Assembly: GCA_030390025.1 (NCBI GenBank)
Contig: CM059431.1
Location: forward strand, 129,086,001 to 129,150,000
Direction: 5' to 3'
Length of the DNA: 64,000 nt
Source of the DNA: Squalus acanthias
Taxonomy: Eukaryota
Shown here: positions 12,893 through 24,673 of the stretch, piece after piece
Position numbering within the stretch: the first letter of the stretch is position 1
Layout of the letters: each line of letters begins with the position of its first letter
Notes under the pieces: generated by a model
The model's input: only the letters and a program-made list of their open reading frames with translations
Told to the model about the DNA's origin: nothing
Database searches by the model: none
Position numbers and translations under genes: made by a program

Positions 12893-14110
12893 TTACGCAA
12901 ATCTGGTATGGATGAGTGCATCCCTTGCCTGACACCCAGCAATGTGGTCACGTGCTGCTGGATTGGTCACATCCAGCCCCACAAGGTGTGGCTCCTTGTC
13001 CTCCTCGTCCTCCTCCTCGTCCTCCTCCTCGTCCTCCTCCTCTTCTTCCGAGGAGGCTGTGCGCTGAGCCATGCTGCTGTATGATGTTGTGCAGGGCACA
13101 GCAGACCACCATGATTCTGGAGACCCTGGCTGGTGCATACTGCAGGGCTCCAGCTGATCTGTTGGGGCATCAGAATCGCATTTCAAGCAAGCCGATGGTT
13201 TGCTCTATGATGCTTCTGGTCAAAATGTGGCTCACATTGTACTGCTCCTCAGTTTCGTTTGATGGCCTCCTCATCGGTGTCATGAGCCACTTTTTCAGGG
13301 GATAGCCCTTGCCGCCAAGTTGCCATCCAGAAAGTTAGGTTGGCGGATTGAAGAGCTGAGGCACAGTAGATTGGTGCAGGATGAAGGAGTCATGGCAACT
13401 GCCAGGGTAGTTTGCGCAAACATGCATGATGATCTTCCTGTGGTTACACATCCGCTGGACGTTAAAGGAGCGGTTGACAAATACAGCTGGGTTGTGATGG
13501 GGTGCCATATTGGCCACATGTGTGCAGTCTACGATGCCCTGCACCCTTGGGAAGTCTGCCATTTTTGCAAAGCCAACCGTACGCGTGGTCGCACTTGGGC
13601 CATCATTGGAGAAGTGGATGTAATTGTGCGACTTTGCAAAGAGGGCATCAGTAACCTGTGTGATGCAGGTGTGTGCGGCCGACTGGGTGATGCCGCTGAT
13701 GTCTGCAGCTGATCCCTGGAAAGAGCCCAAAGCAAAGAAGTTTAGTGCAGTGGTGACTTTGACAGCCACTGGTAAGGAGTGTCCACACTCTCCTTTGGGC
13801 TCCAGGTGTTGGTGCAGCATTGCGCAGATGTCAGCAACTACGTCTCGCGAAAGTCTCAGCCTCCTTTGGCACTGCTGCTCAGTCATGTTGAGGAAGGTCA
13901 ACCTCGGCCTGTAAACCCTGTGTTGGGGGCATCTCCTGCAGCGAGGTGCAGCCCTGCACTGACGCCCTCTGCCCTGTGCATCATCAGGTGGCTGAGGAGA
14001 AGGTTGGCGCTCCTGCTGTTGGTGCTGCTGCTGTGCCTGGTTGCGCTGCTGCCGCGGCTGCTCTTCTCCGAATCTGACGACCAGGATGAGAGGAGATAAA
14101 TGGTTCCCAT
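12893..14110 (-). pseudogene. Harbinger DDE transposase (HARBI1-like), frameshifted
   Basis: [67 protein letters not shown], poly-Glu/Asp tail ending ARDALIHTRFA*. Confidence 0.88.
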
Positions 14111-14212
14111 ACTGCTGGTATATATCTCAGTTGAGGAATAGAGGTTGTTTGTGCTCAGACAAAGTGGCCAGAGGGTCTTCCAAGGAGGGCACACTGCAGA
14201 TGAATTTCAGCT

Positions 14213-15878
14213 TGTAAGGGGTCTGTGTCATGCTTGTATCCCAGACGGTGCTGGTGCGGGGTTAGGCCTTCATTGCCTAATACTATTGCTTGCTCTGGTC
14301 TCCGGCCAGCTTTGTTGCAATAAGCACCTGTGAGTGGTTCGACCCACTCGCCCTTACAGTTCTAACACTGGACTTAGGTGCGAGAGCAGTAATGCAGAGA
14401 AAAACTCAAATAGACCCGGTTGAATAGTACGAAATGGAAATCTTTATTGCATAGCATCCAAAATCATGAAGTACATGTCATAGGCGCAAATTAACGAGAG
14501 TACAAGTATACATACATTCATAAAGCTTGGTCTATGGTAATGAAGAACGCACGGCACATCGTAAAAAGGGGAACACATTATATTTTATCCTTAATAAAAC
14601 CACCCTCCCTTATCAATACCTACACTACATCTAGATTTGTAGGATCGGGAAACATGCTCACCACTCGTGATACTTCGGAGAATTTTAAAGTGAGGCACTC
14701 GGCTCGTTTCGCTGCAGCGCCTGACTGTCACGTGTTTGGAGGGGTCTCTGTACCCCACTTGTTTATCTTCGCTGCTGCTGCAAGCAGGCTGGGCTCCCCG
14801 TTGTCATGAAGAACTCGACAGAACTCGGACACGGTTCGAAGAAGACTCTTCCTGTGTCCGACACCGGTTGCCGGTAGAATTCGAAAAAGAGTCTTTGGCC
14901 AGTTCGTGCAGTAACCTGTAGAGTTCCAGAAATGGGTCGTATATTTTCGGGCGCGGTCAGGGTTTACTGACCGCGGTGGCACGTGGATTCTTCTCCTCTT
15001 CTTCTCGTCCCGTCTCGTCTCTTCGGGCCTTCGGGTCCAGACACCGTTTACTGACCCTCGGGATGGTGCACCTGGTCACCGGCCTTCGTCGAGGTGGCTC
15101 GTTCCGTTTGAGCTCCACCCAACATTCGAATAACCGTCCAGTGCGGCTAAAAGTCCAGAGCCAACAGTCCAGAGAAACAAGAGCACGAATCAAGCGAATA
15201 AGAGTCGAATCAAGAGCATCAGCCGAGATAAGAGAATAAGAGCCGATTCGAGCGAATAAGAGACCGATGGACATTTGTTGTCTACAGTTATAGTGCTGTG
15301 TTCCCTTATCTCCCGCCCAAATCTTAATGTTTGTCCTTTGTGAAATATTGGCGCTCAAAACTCCCAGCATGGGGTGATTCTTGTCTTCAACGGGTTTTGG
15401 TAGCACCTGAGACTGGCCAACTACCCGTTAATGTTTTCCCCATTGTTGAACCGGCACGGAGCCTCCCTGGCTGGGTTTTGGGGGCCCCCGAATACTTGTT
15501 TAATCACCCGAGAATGGCTCTCTCATTGTAGAGCCGTGGGGGTATTTGCGTAATGATGTGTCTGGATGGGCCTTCGATTGCCCAGTACAATGGTCCTTAC
15601 TTGTGCATGGAAAACGATTCCAGCACTCATATCTTTTGCTATTGTCACAAATGCAAACAGGTTGCATCCTGTCTTTATCAGTGCTTATCGAAAATGTTTA
15701 TTCGAACGCCATCTTGTCTGCCCACTGTACTTCTGGAAACTTCTGCCACGATGCGCGGCGGCCATTTTACAGGCTTCTGTGTCCTTTATATCATGACAGC
15801 ATTTCGTTTAAATAAACTGATCAAACGAATCTGCTTTTATCTTGTTATTTCGAATCACGATAATTGCGAAACTTTACA
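14213..15878 (-). repeat. 3' LTR (1666 bp)
   Basis: Direct repeat of 24674-26339 with roughly 30-35 substitutions counted by eye and equal length; AATAAA (-) at ~14443-14448; TATA-like AAAATATAC (-) at ~14940. Confidence 0.95.
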
Positions 15879-15890
15879 GTCCCTCCTGTT
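15879..15890 (-). promoter_or_regulatory. Polypurine tract
   Basis: Minus strand AACAGGAGGGAC directly abuts the TG of the 3' LTR; short. Confidence 0.65.
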
Positions 15891-16274
15891 GATGCGAATA
15901 ACTCCGCTTATCGTATCAATTAAAAGTGGTGGTGAGCAAAATTATCCCGATTCTCCACATCCAAACACTCCCTTAACTTAAACTATCTATGGCCTCTATG
16001 CCGTCCTCATTTCCCAGGGAAATTACATTGTTTGGACTTGGACAAACCGTAGGCAGTATTGCCTTTAAACTTACATTGCGTATACACCTTCGAGGTGCAA
16101 CAGGACGATGCCTGTTGCACCACCTGTATATGCATGTTTTTATTATACAAGGAAAAAAATAATCAAACAACCATTTTAAAAATACAAAGTTCTAAACTTA
16201 GTTACACATCTTCATAACTAACAATCAATTACAAAAACACACATGGTAAAATGGAGCGGCGTCATCCTGGCCGT

Positions 16275-19200
16275 TTACGCGGTACTTTCCTCGTTCACGG
16301 CACGTAACGTTAAACATAGAACATAGAAGAGTACAGCACAGTACAGGCCCTTCGGCCCTCGATGTTGTGCCGAGCATTGTCCGAGACCAAGATCAAGCTA
16401 TCACACTCCCTATCACTCTGGTGTGCTCCATGTGCTTATCCAATAACCGCTTGAAAGTTCCTAAAGTGTCCGACTCCACTATCACAGCAGGCAGTCCATT
16501 CCACACCCCAACCACTCTCTGAGTAAAGAATCTACCTCGGACATCCCTTCTATATCTCCCCCCATGCACCTTATAGTTATGCCCCCTTGTAACAGCTGCC
16601 TCTACCCGAGGAAATAGTCTCTGAACATCCACTCTATCTATCCCCCTCATCATCTTATAAACCTCTATTAAGTCGCCTCTCATCCTCCTCCGCTCTAAAG
16701 AGAAAAGCCCCAACTCCCTCAATCTTTCCTCATAAGACCTCCCCCCCAAACCAGGCAGCATCCTGGTAAATCTCCTTTGCACTCTTTCCAATGCTTCCAC
16801 GTCCTTCCTATAGTGAGGTGACCAGAACTGCACACAATATTCCAAATGTGGTCTCACCAAGGTCCTGTACAGTTGCAGCATAACCTCACGGTTCTTAAAC
16901 TCAAACCCTCTGTTAATAAACGCCAACACACCATAGGCCTTCTTTACTGCTCTATCCACTTGAGTGGCAACCTTCAGAGATCTGTGGATATGAACCCCCA
17001 GATCCCTCTGCTCCTCCACGTTCCTCAGAACCCTGCCGTTGACCCTGTAATCCTTATTCAAATTTGCCCTACCAAAATGAATCACCTCGCACTTATCAGG
17101 GTTAAATTCCATCTGCCATTTTTCGGCCCAGCTCTGCATCCTATCAATGTCTCTTTACAGCCTACAACTGCCCTCCACCTCATCCACTACTCCACCAATC
17201 TTGGTGTCATCAGAAAATTTACTGATCCACCCTTCAGTCCCCTCCTCCAAGTCATTGATAAAAATCACAAACAGCAGAGGACCCAGCACCGACCCCTGTG
17301 GCACACCGCTGGTAACTGGTCTCCAGTCCGAAAAAGTTCCATCCACCACCACCCTCTGCCTTCTATGAGATAGCCAGTTACTTATCCAATCGGCCAAATT
17401 TCCCTCTATCCCACAACTCCTTACTTTCTTCATGAGACGACCATGGGGAACCTTATCAAACGCCTTACTAAAATCCATGTATACGACATCAACTGCTCTA
17501 CCTTCATCTACACACTTAGTTACCTCCTCAAAGAATTCAATCAAATTTGTTAGGCAAGACTTACCCTTCACGAATCCGTGTTGACTATCCCTGATTAAGT
17601 TGCCCCTTTCCAAATGGTCATAAATCCTATCCCTCAGGACCTTTTCCATTATCTTACCAACCACCGAAGTAAGACTAACCGGCCTATAATTACCAGGGTC
17701 ATTCCTATTTCCTTTCTTGAAGAGAGGAACAACATTCGCCACTCTCCAGTCCTCTGGCACCATCCCCGTGGACAGTGAGGACCCAAAGATCAAAGCCAGA
17801 GGCTCTGCAATCTCCTCCCTTGCCTCCCAAAGAATCCTAGGATATATCCCATCTGGCCCAGGGGACTTATCGACCCTCAGGTTCTTCAAAATTGCTAAAA
17901 CATCTTCCCTCAGAACATCTACCACCTCCAGCCTATCCACCTTTATCACACTCTTATCCTCAAGAACATGGCCCCTCTCCTCGGTGAACACTGACGAAAT
18001 GTATTCATTCATCACCTCTCCTATCTCTTCTGACTCCATGCACAAGTTCCCACTACTGTCCTTAACCGGCCCTACCCTCACCCTGGTCATTCTTTTATTT
18101 CTCACATAAGAGTAAAAAGCCTTGGGGTTTTTCTTGATCCGACCCGCCAAGAACTTCTCATGCCCCCTCCTAGCTCTCCTAAGCTCTTTTTTTAGCTCAT
18201 TCCTTGCTACCTTGTACCCCTCAATCGACCCAACTGAACCTTGTTTTCTCATCCTTACATACGCTTCCTTCTTCCTCTTGACTAGACATTCAACCTCTTT
18301 TGTGAACCATGGTTCTCTCACTCGGCCATTTCCTCCCTGCCTGACAGGGACATACCTATCAAGGACACGCAGTAATTGCTCCATGAAAAAGCTCCACTTT
18401 TCGTTTGTGCCTTTCCCTGATAGTTTCTGTTCCCATCTTATACTCCCTAATTCTTGCCTAATCGCATCATAATTACCCCTCCCCCAATTATAAACCCTGC
18501 CCTGCCGTATGGCCCTATCCCTCTCCATTGCAATAGTGAAAGTTACCGAATTGTGGTCACTATCTCCAAAGTGCTCTCCCACATACAAATCAAACACTTG
18601 GCCCGGTTCATTACCCAGTACCAAATCCAACGTGGCCCCACCTCTTGTCGGCCTATCCACATATTGTGTCAGGAAACCCTCCTGCACACACTGTGCAAAA
18701 ACTATCCCATCCGAACTGTTTGACCTATAAAGGTTCCAATCAATATTTGGAAAGTTGAAGTCACCCATGACAACTATTCTGTGACCTCCACACCTATTCA
18801 TAATCTGCTTTGCAATTTCTTCCTCCACATCTTTATTACTATTTGGGGGCCTGTAGAAAACTCCTAACAACGTGACCGCTCCTTTCCTATTTCTAACTTC
18901 AGCCCATATTACCTCAGACGGCAGATCCCCCTCGAACTGCCTTTCTGCCGCTGTTAAACTATCCTTGATTAACAATGCTACTCCTCCGCCTTTCTTAGCA
19001 ACTTCCCTACTCTTACTGAAACATCTATACCCCGGAACTTCCAACAACCATTCCTGTCCCTGTTCTAACCATGTCTCCGTAATGGCCACCACATCGTAGT
19101 CCCAAGTACCAATCCACGCTCCAAGTTCTCCTACCGTATTCCGGATGCTCCTTGCATTGAAGTAGACACACTTCAAGCCATCTTCCTGTCTGCCGGTACA

Positions 19201-21542
19201 TTCCTGCGACCTTGATACCCTCCTCAGTTCTCTCCACTCTCCTGTGTTCTCCTGCTTTGTGAGGCGCTTGCCTCTTTTGCAGTGCACGACCAATAGGTAC
19301 ACTACTATTATAACTTGGCACACTACCAAAATGTGGGAGGCTATCCGGATCCATGAAGGAACTTCAACATTGGTGAACAGGTCCCACCACGGTGGGATTA
19401 CTATGTCCAAAATTTCTGTCCCTATTTCTACAGTCTTTTGTTCCAGGGTGTAAAAATGTTTTTGTGATACCGCGACGGCTTTCAAAAGCTTGGTAAGGTG
19501 TTCAGGGAGAGGGGGAATGATGTATCCGAAATGCGCGACGAATCGCTGCAAGTCGGTGAAATTCTCTTTTACTGTGAGATGAACAGTGGATGGTTCAGGG
19601 ATCGGGACAATTCGCTGTTGTGCCACTTGAACTTCAGCTCTGGGTTTAAAACAGAAACTGCTGTCACTCACCGGACACCGGCTGTGGATTCCATGCTGGT
19701 AGTGTTGCGCTGCAGTGGTAACGCAATATGTTCCACCCCCTATGTATGCCACCTGCGGAGGCACATGATCTTGTGTCATTGCTTCCATGGTGCAATTCAT
19801 GGGCTTCGCGCCAGCAGTTCTGAACCCGCATTGTGGTGTTAAAAAGGCATTCAAGTGCTGGGGACAGAGTATGATGTGTGCTCCCCGGCCACGACAACCC
19901 GATAGGTCGGTACCTGTCATCGTTTGCTCCCAGCGGATGACGTAAGGTGGGACCGCTGCGTAGCGAATGTGGGCTCCCCCCTGAATGACACCAATGTTCT
20001 CCACCCGATACACCGGGGCGGGCTTTGCTGTGTCGCCCAAAACCGGCATACGTAGTACTATACCCATGATGGTATGGTTTGACCGTCCGCAGTCCGCGGG
20101 GACTGGGTATGCCTCTGAGGCTAGCCTGAGCTGGCACGGGCTTAATGCATTCTGAAAAGGGTGGAGCGCCGCAGGTGTTTGTTACTTATCCAGGATGGGA
20201 CCAAACCTTGTTTTAAATCCTCTAAATTACTGCGGCCCTCGCCCAGTAACCACGCCCCGTATAGTACGCACACCTCGTTCTGCGCAGCTTGATCGGATGC
20301 GTTCCGATCTTCCCTGATCAGGGCATTTACCGTTCTCGCATGCTTCTCCAGCTCTGCTATAATTTCTTTTAAGTGTAACGTCATGGCCTGGTCCTCATGT
20401 AACTCAGACCCTACTACCTTGTTTTCGCTTGTGAGGATGCTTTTTAATTGTGTTTTTAAACCATTGATCTGGGTCTGCAGCTCCACGTTGTCTAGAGCGT
20501 TGACCACAGATGTTCCTGTATTAAAGGCAGTGAACGTATCGTTCACAATACCCCTTCTTTGTCTCCCCACCTGATCCAAAACTTCGTGTGGTGTGGTGTA
20601 CAAGCTTGTTTTGTCAATCTCTGCAAAATCAAACTCGTAGAATTGTCTGAACATGTTTGTCAACAGGACCTGGTACAATTGTTCCGTCTCTTTGGGGCAC
20701 CACTCTGGTAAACGCACCTCGGTGAGATTTAGAATCACCGAAGCCACCGCGTAATGTACCCCTTGAAATAGTATCTGGTCTGTTGGGACCAGTACCAAAC
20801 CATTCCCGGGCCCCTTAGTGGTTTTAGGGCACCCTTCCTCCTGAGCCAAAACCACCGGAATCGTGGGCGGAGCCTTGCGTGGGCGCTTGATGAGTTCAGT
20901 GGCGTTTACCGGGATCGGGGAGAATGGAGCTCCGCACCCCTTTGTGCTGACATCCCACCTCATCCCTTTCCTGTTATCCTGCCACTGGTGTACGAAAAAT
21001 ATGGATATACCCTTGGGGCAAACGTACTTCGATCCCCACATACAAACATATATTCCCTCATCCGGTTCCCACCATTTGTCCCAACAGACTTTCAATTGTC
21101 CGTTAGTCCCCGTAATTGTCCGATGGGTATTGTTACCCAATCGCTCCCACTGAACCGAGGAATTTCTCATAGTCTTGCTTAACTTCCGTAACCACCACCA
21201 TCGGCTCAATGGGACCTTCCCATTGCATGTCAAACAAATCCTTTTGCCGACGGTGACGCTGATTCTGGGTGCAATGATCCTCACTCTGGGGCACAGTAAA
21301 GAAGTCTCTTTGTAGGCAAATCCGGACGCGCTTGAGTATTCCGTTGAATTCGTTCCCAGCCATCCCGGCCACCTTCCCTTGTGGAAATAAGTGGCGGTCT
21401 CCTCAGCCTTTCGCTCCCCGGTCCCGTCCGTCGTGATGGGGCCCGTGTCCCCGGAGCAACCAAACACAACGACATCCTTGGTGAGGCCCCGATAGGCCAA
21501 TCCATATCCGATCGTTGCGAGCACTATCAGAATCCTTTCCAT
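16275..21542 (-). pseudogene. env: env-like glycoprotein (~775 aa reconstructed): signal peptide, Ig-like domain, furin site, class I fusion-like ectodomain, TM; 1-nt frameshift at ~20172 and CR1 insertion at 16314-19244
   Basis: MERILIVLATIGYGLA signal; VTVGKRICLTC...WWW...GQLKV...DEGIYVC Ig motif; RQRR at 20564-20553; heptads VELQTQINGLKTQL; restoring one base gives [27 protein letters not shown]...-[35 protein letters not shown] then KRGKR; probable tail LTLRAVNEESTA* beyond the CR1. Confidence 0.85.
16314..19244 (-). mobile_element. CR1 LINE with near-complete ORF2 (APE + RT), inserted into the env cytoplasmic tail
   Basis: [62 protein letters not shown]; one in-frame stop at 17155-17157, then ORF 16393-17139; (TTCTATG)n tail at 16314-16328. 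Confidence 0.95.
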
Positions 21543-21726
21543 CTTTCCTGGTTCCTGTGATCAGATAAAATGATGTAGCCAGCCTCCCAAGAGTCTCTGG
21601 CTTTTGTGAAGGGTGAGCGGGTCCCTTGACCTCGTCTCACGTAAAAAGACATGTATGCTGGATAGACTTTAACTATTCCTATCACTAAAACTCCCATCAC
21701 TTTACCATTTACCTTTTTATAAAATT

Positions 21727-21796
21727 AAACTACAAACTTACCAAACTTACAAACTTAAACTTAAACTTATAAACTTATAAACTTATAAACTTATAC
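21727..21796 (+). repeat. AT-rich tandem (AAACTTA[T/C])n between ORF2 and env
   Basis: aaacttac aaacttaaac ttaaacttat aaacttataa acttataaac ttatac. Confidence 0.8.
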
Positions 21797-21829
21797 TGTA
21801 CAGTGCCGCCCGTTCCCAGGGCAGCCTAC

Positions 21830-22869
21830 CTAAAGTCTGCGAAGGCTGCCACGAGCTTTTCCCAGTGGTGGGAGGGCACTGACCCCTTCCTTTGATCTGC
21901 CGCAGCCTGTTGCTGCTGCGCTGGGACTGGGATCTCCCTGGGCTGCCTTGACCTTGAACTTACGCCTGGGGGTGTACGGGGGACTTGACCACGGCTTCCT
22001 GGGCTGGGGTGTCCGACTTGACCTACGGAGGGCTACATTGGGCAAGATTTCCAGGGCCGACGGACCAGGAACCAAGACTTCCACCGTCACGGCCTGTGGT
22101 CCCACCACAGCCGCTGGCTCCGTCTCCCCTGGCTCCGCCTCCCTGAACTCGGGATTTGCAGCTTCTGGTTCCACCCTACTTGGCCCAGTATGTGGTCCTC
22201 CACTCGCAATCCCTACCTCCCCCAAGGGCAAGATTCCAGGGCTGACGGACCGGGTACCGAGACTTCCACCGTCACGACCTGTGGTCCTACCACAGCCGCT
22301 GGCTCCATCTCCCCTGGCCCCGCCCCCCTGGAATCGGGATCTGCAGTTTCTGACTCCACCCTGTGTGGATCTCCACTCGCAGCCCCTATCTCCCCTGAGC
22401 TTGAGTCGAGGACGAAACTTTCGTCCTCCGACTCCAGCACCTCTCCGATCGGGTCACTATCTTGGTCGAGCTCCTCGAGCTCTTCCTCATCTGAATAAAA
22501 GATCCTACACTTTTCTAGAATGTCCACTCCCCTCAAGCAGGCTGCTACCCTGGGCTGAGAGTCCCCACTCGCAGGTTTGGTCCCTCCCCTGAGACAGGCC
22601 ACCGCCCCTGCTTGTGCCTTCTGTGAAATCTCGCCTGCTGGAGGCTGCAGATTTCTATTCTGTTTTAAATCCTCATACTCCCTGCTCCTGGTTACCCTGT
22701 AGGCTGCTTTTATGTCTCTAAGCTGCCTTTCCAGCCTGTCTACCTTCCCCATTAAACGGGCGTTCTCCTCCCGCAAGGCCTGCTCTTTTAACCTGGCCTC
22801 CTTACAGGAGACCCCCTCCTGTGCGCGTCTTTCAAGGGGACACAGGTAGGCAGGCTGCACCGGTTCCAG
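21830..22869 (-). pseudogene. ORF2 in the pol position: coiled coil + acidic tract + 2 x ~60-aa repeat + basic tail; 1-nt frameshift at ~22232
   Basis: ORFs 22213-22860 and 21830-22231 join if one A is restored (ggaatcttgccc versus ggaaatcttgccc in the sister repeat); in frame with gag behind TGA 22872-22870; no D[ST]G, YxDD, HHCC or DDE motif. Confidence 0.75.
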
Positions 22870-24669
22870 TCAGAAGCCTGGGTTGTATGGGGCTGTTGCT
22901 ACCTCCCCGTGCGAAATCATAAGGGACCGTATAGCTCCCAACATTGATTCTATCGCATCGGGATGGATAGGCACACCAGCTCCTCTCTCAGAGACAGGCG
23001 CTTGTTTTCGGGCTGCGGGATTTTTATCCCTGGGGTCCTTCTAGGGGTTCCTACAGTTCTTATGCCAGTGACCTGTCTTCCCGCACCCGTAACAAGCACC
23101 ACTGGCTTGTGGGGCGCGGTTTCCCTCCTGATGCCAGTCCTTTTGAGCCGGGGCTGCGGGCCGTGCCTCATGCACCTTTCCCTTAAGGGGACGCGCTCCC
23201 GTGCTCCTAGTGTTCCGATACCCTATGGTGAGTCGATTTAGGACCGACTCCTCTGTTGTGGCGGGGTTAGTGGGATCAAACCACGCTTTGGCCTGCTCCC
23301 TGACGGCTGGCAAACTGTTGGCTACTAAACACCTGAGCCAGTGAGTTAAACCGGCACCGTTCAGATAGGTGCGCGCTGGCGCACCTGGGCAGCTACGCTG
23401 GTGTACTGGCCACAGCCTGTCGGCGAAAACCTTCGGGGGTTCTCCCTCCATCTGCAGGGTTTGACTCAATCTGACAAACGGACCTTCGTCATCCACCCCT
23501 AACACTTCTAGGACCTCGTCCCTTAACTCCTCATGGGTTTTATTTCCCCTCTTGCTCTCGTCTGAGAGACACTGGAGGATCGAGCTATCTAACGAGAACA
23601 GCAACATTTTGGTCTTTTCCTCATCGTCGCAGCCATTAATTGCTGCGGTCTGTTCTACCTCCCTAAAGTGTACGGAAGGGTCGTCTGATTCGGATAGCTT
23701 CTGTACATGGCTAATCATTGCTCTCAGCTGGTGTGAGCTGTGAGGCAATACGAGCTGGTTCAGGACATCCCCCTCTGCCCCATTTGCCCCACCCGGGCCT
23801 CTCTTGTGACCTCGGAGCGGACACATCGGTCCCGGTCTCGGCTCTACCTCCGGGGACTGTCCTACCTCGGGAACCTTCTTCTCTATTTCCACCACTTCCT
23901 CCCTTTCCCAGGTTGCCGAATAGCTGGGTGGCGCGGAGGGCGCAGTGGCAAATACCTCCTCTGCTTTGTCTGGTAGGGATTTTGGGAATTCCCTACCCAC
24001 CTGTGGCTGGTTTGCTGACGGGCTGATGAGGCACACCATGCCGTTTGCCTTATTCAGGGCCTCTCTTAGGTTCCCTATCTCCTTTTGGCAAACACTGTGG
24101 TCGGCTCCCTCATGCCTATCCTCGAGGGCCATCTTATATGCCGCCCTAACTCCCTTCAAGCTTTCTTCTTGGGCTTTTATCTGGTTAGCTAGGCGGATAC
24201 ACCGTTCTCTAATCCTACCCTCGTTTAATTTCGCTTCCATGACCTGACACTCTAGGTAATCAATTTTAGCCTCATGGTGGTTGGCTACTATCTGGCGTTC
24301 CTGATGTAACGCATTCAAGGATGCAATGAGTTTCTGTCCTCCCGTGACCTTTTCCTCCATCTCAACTTCCAATTCCCTGATCTGAGCTGCCTGTGCTACA
24401 ATGACCTGGTCCGAAAGTTGGACTTGCTTCTTGTAGCACATCAGCCAGACCGCTTTCTCTACCGACTTCTTATGCACTTTACTGCCTGTCCATTTGATGG
24501 CGGCGTCTAGCGGACGCTTATCCATCAGTAGGTCACTTATCCACCTTTTGGCTAAGTTAACCTTCCCAAACACATAGTCGGCTACCCTCTCATCCATCAC
24601 ATTTCGCCTATTCACACCAGGGTCTAAAATATTACTCTCTCGCTGCCAGAGTCCTGCCGCGGTCGCCAT
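22870..24669 (-). CDS. gag: gag-like polyprotein (coiled-coil N-part, late domains, capsid, one CCHC knuckle); TAG at 23043-23041 may be premature
   Basis: Open 24669-23041; PSAPPSY at 23940-23920; MHR-like LQMEGEPPKVFADRL; CYGCGKTGHWHKNC; the frame stays open for 56 more codons after the TAG up to TGA at 22872-22870. Confidence 0.88.
24649..24668 (-). promoter_or_regulatory. Primer-binding site complementary to tRNA-Arg(TCG)
   Basis: Plus strand GAGTCCTGCCGCGGTCGCCA equals the 3' end of vertebrate tRNA-Arg(TCG) plus CCA as recalled from memory; lies 5 nt (GAAAA) inside the 5' LTR end. Confidence 0.85.
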
Positions 24670-24673
24670 TTTC

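Noticed and set aside
14534..15981. Short ORFs inside the LTR (repeated at 24995-26346), as possible spuma-like accessory genes
   Set aside because: No recognisable motifs; several differ in length between the two LTRs and are broken in the solo LTRs.
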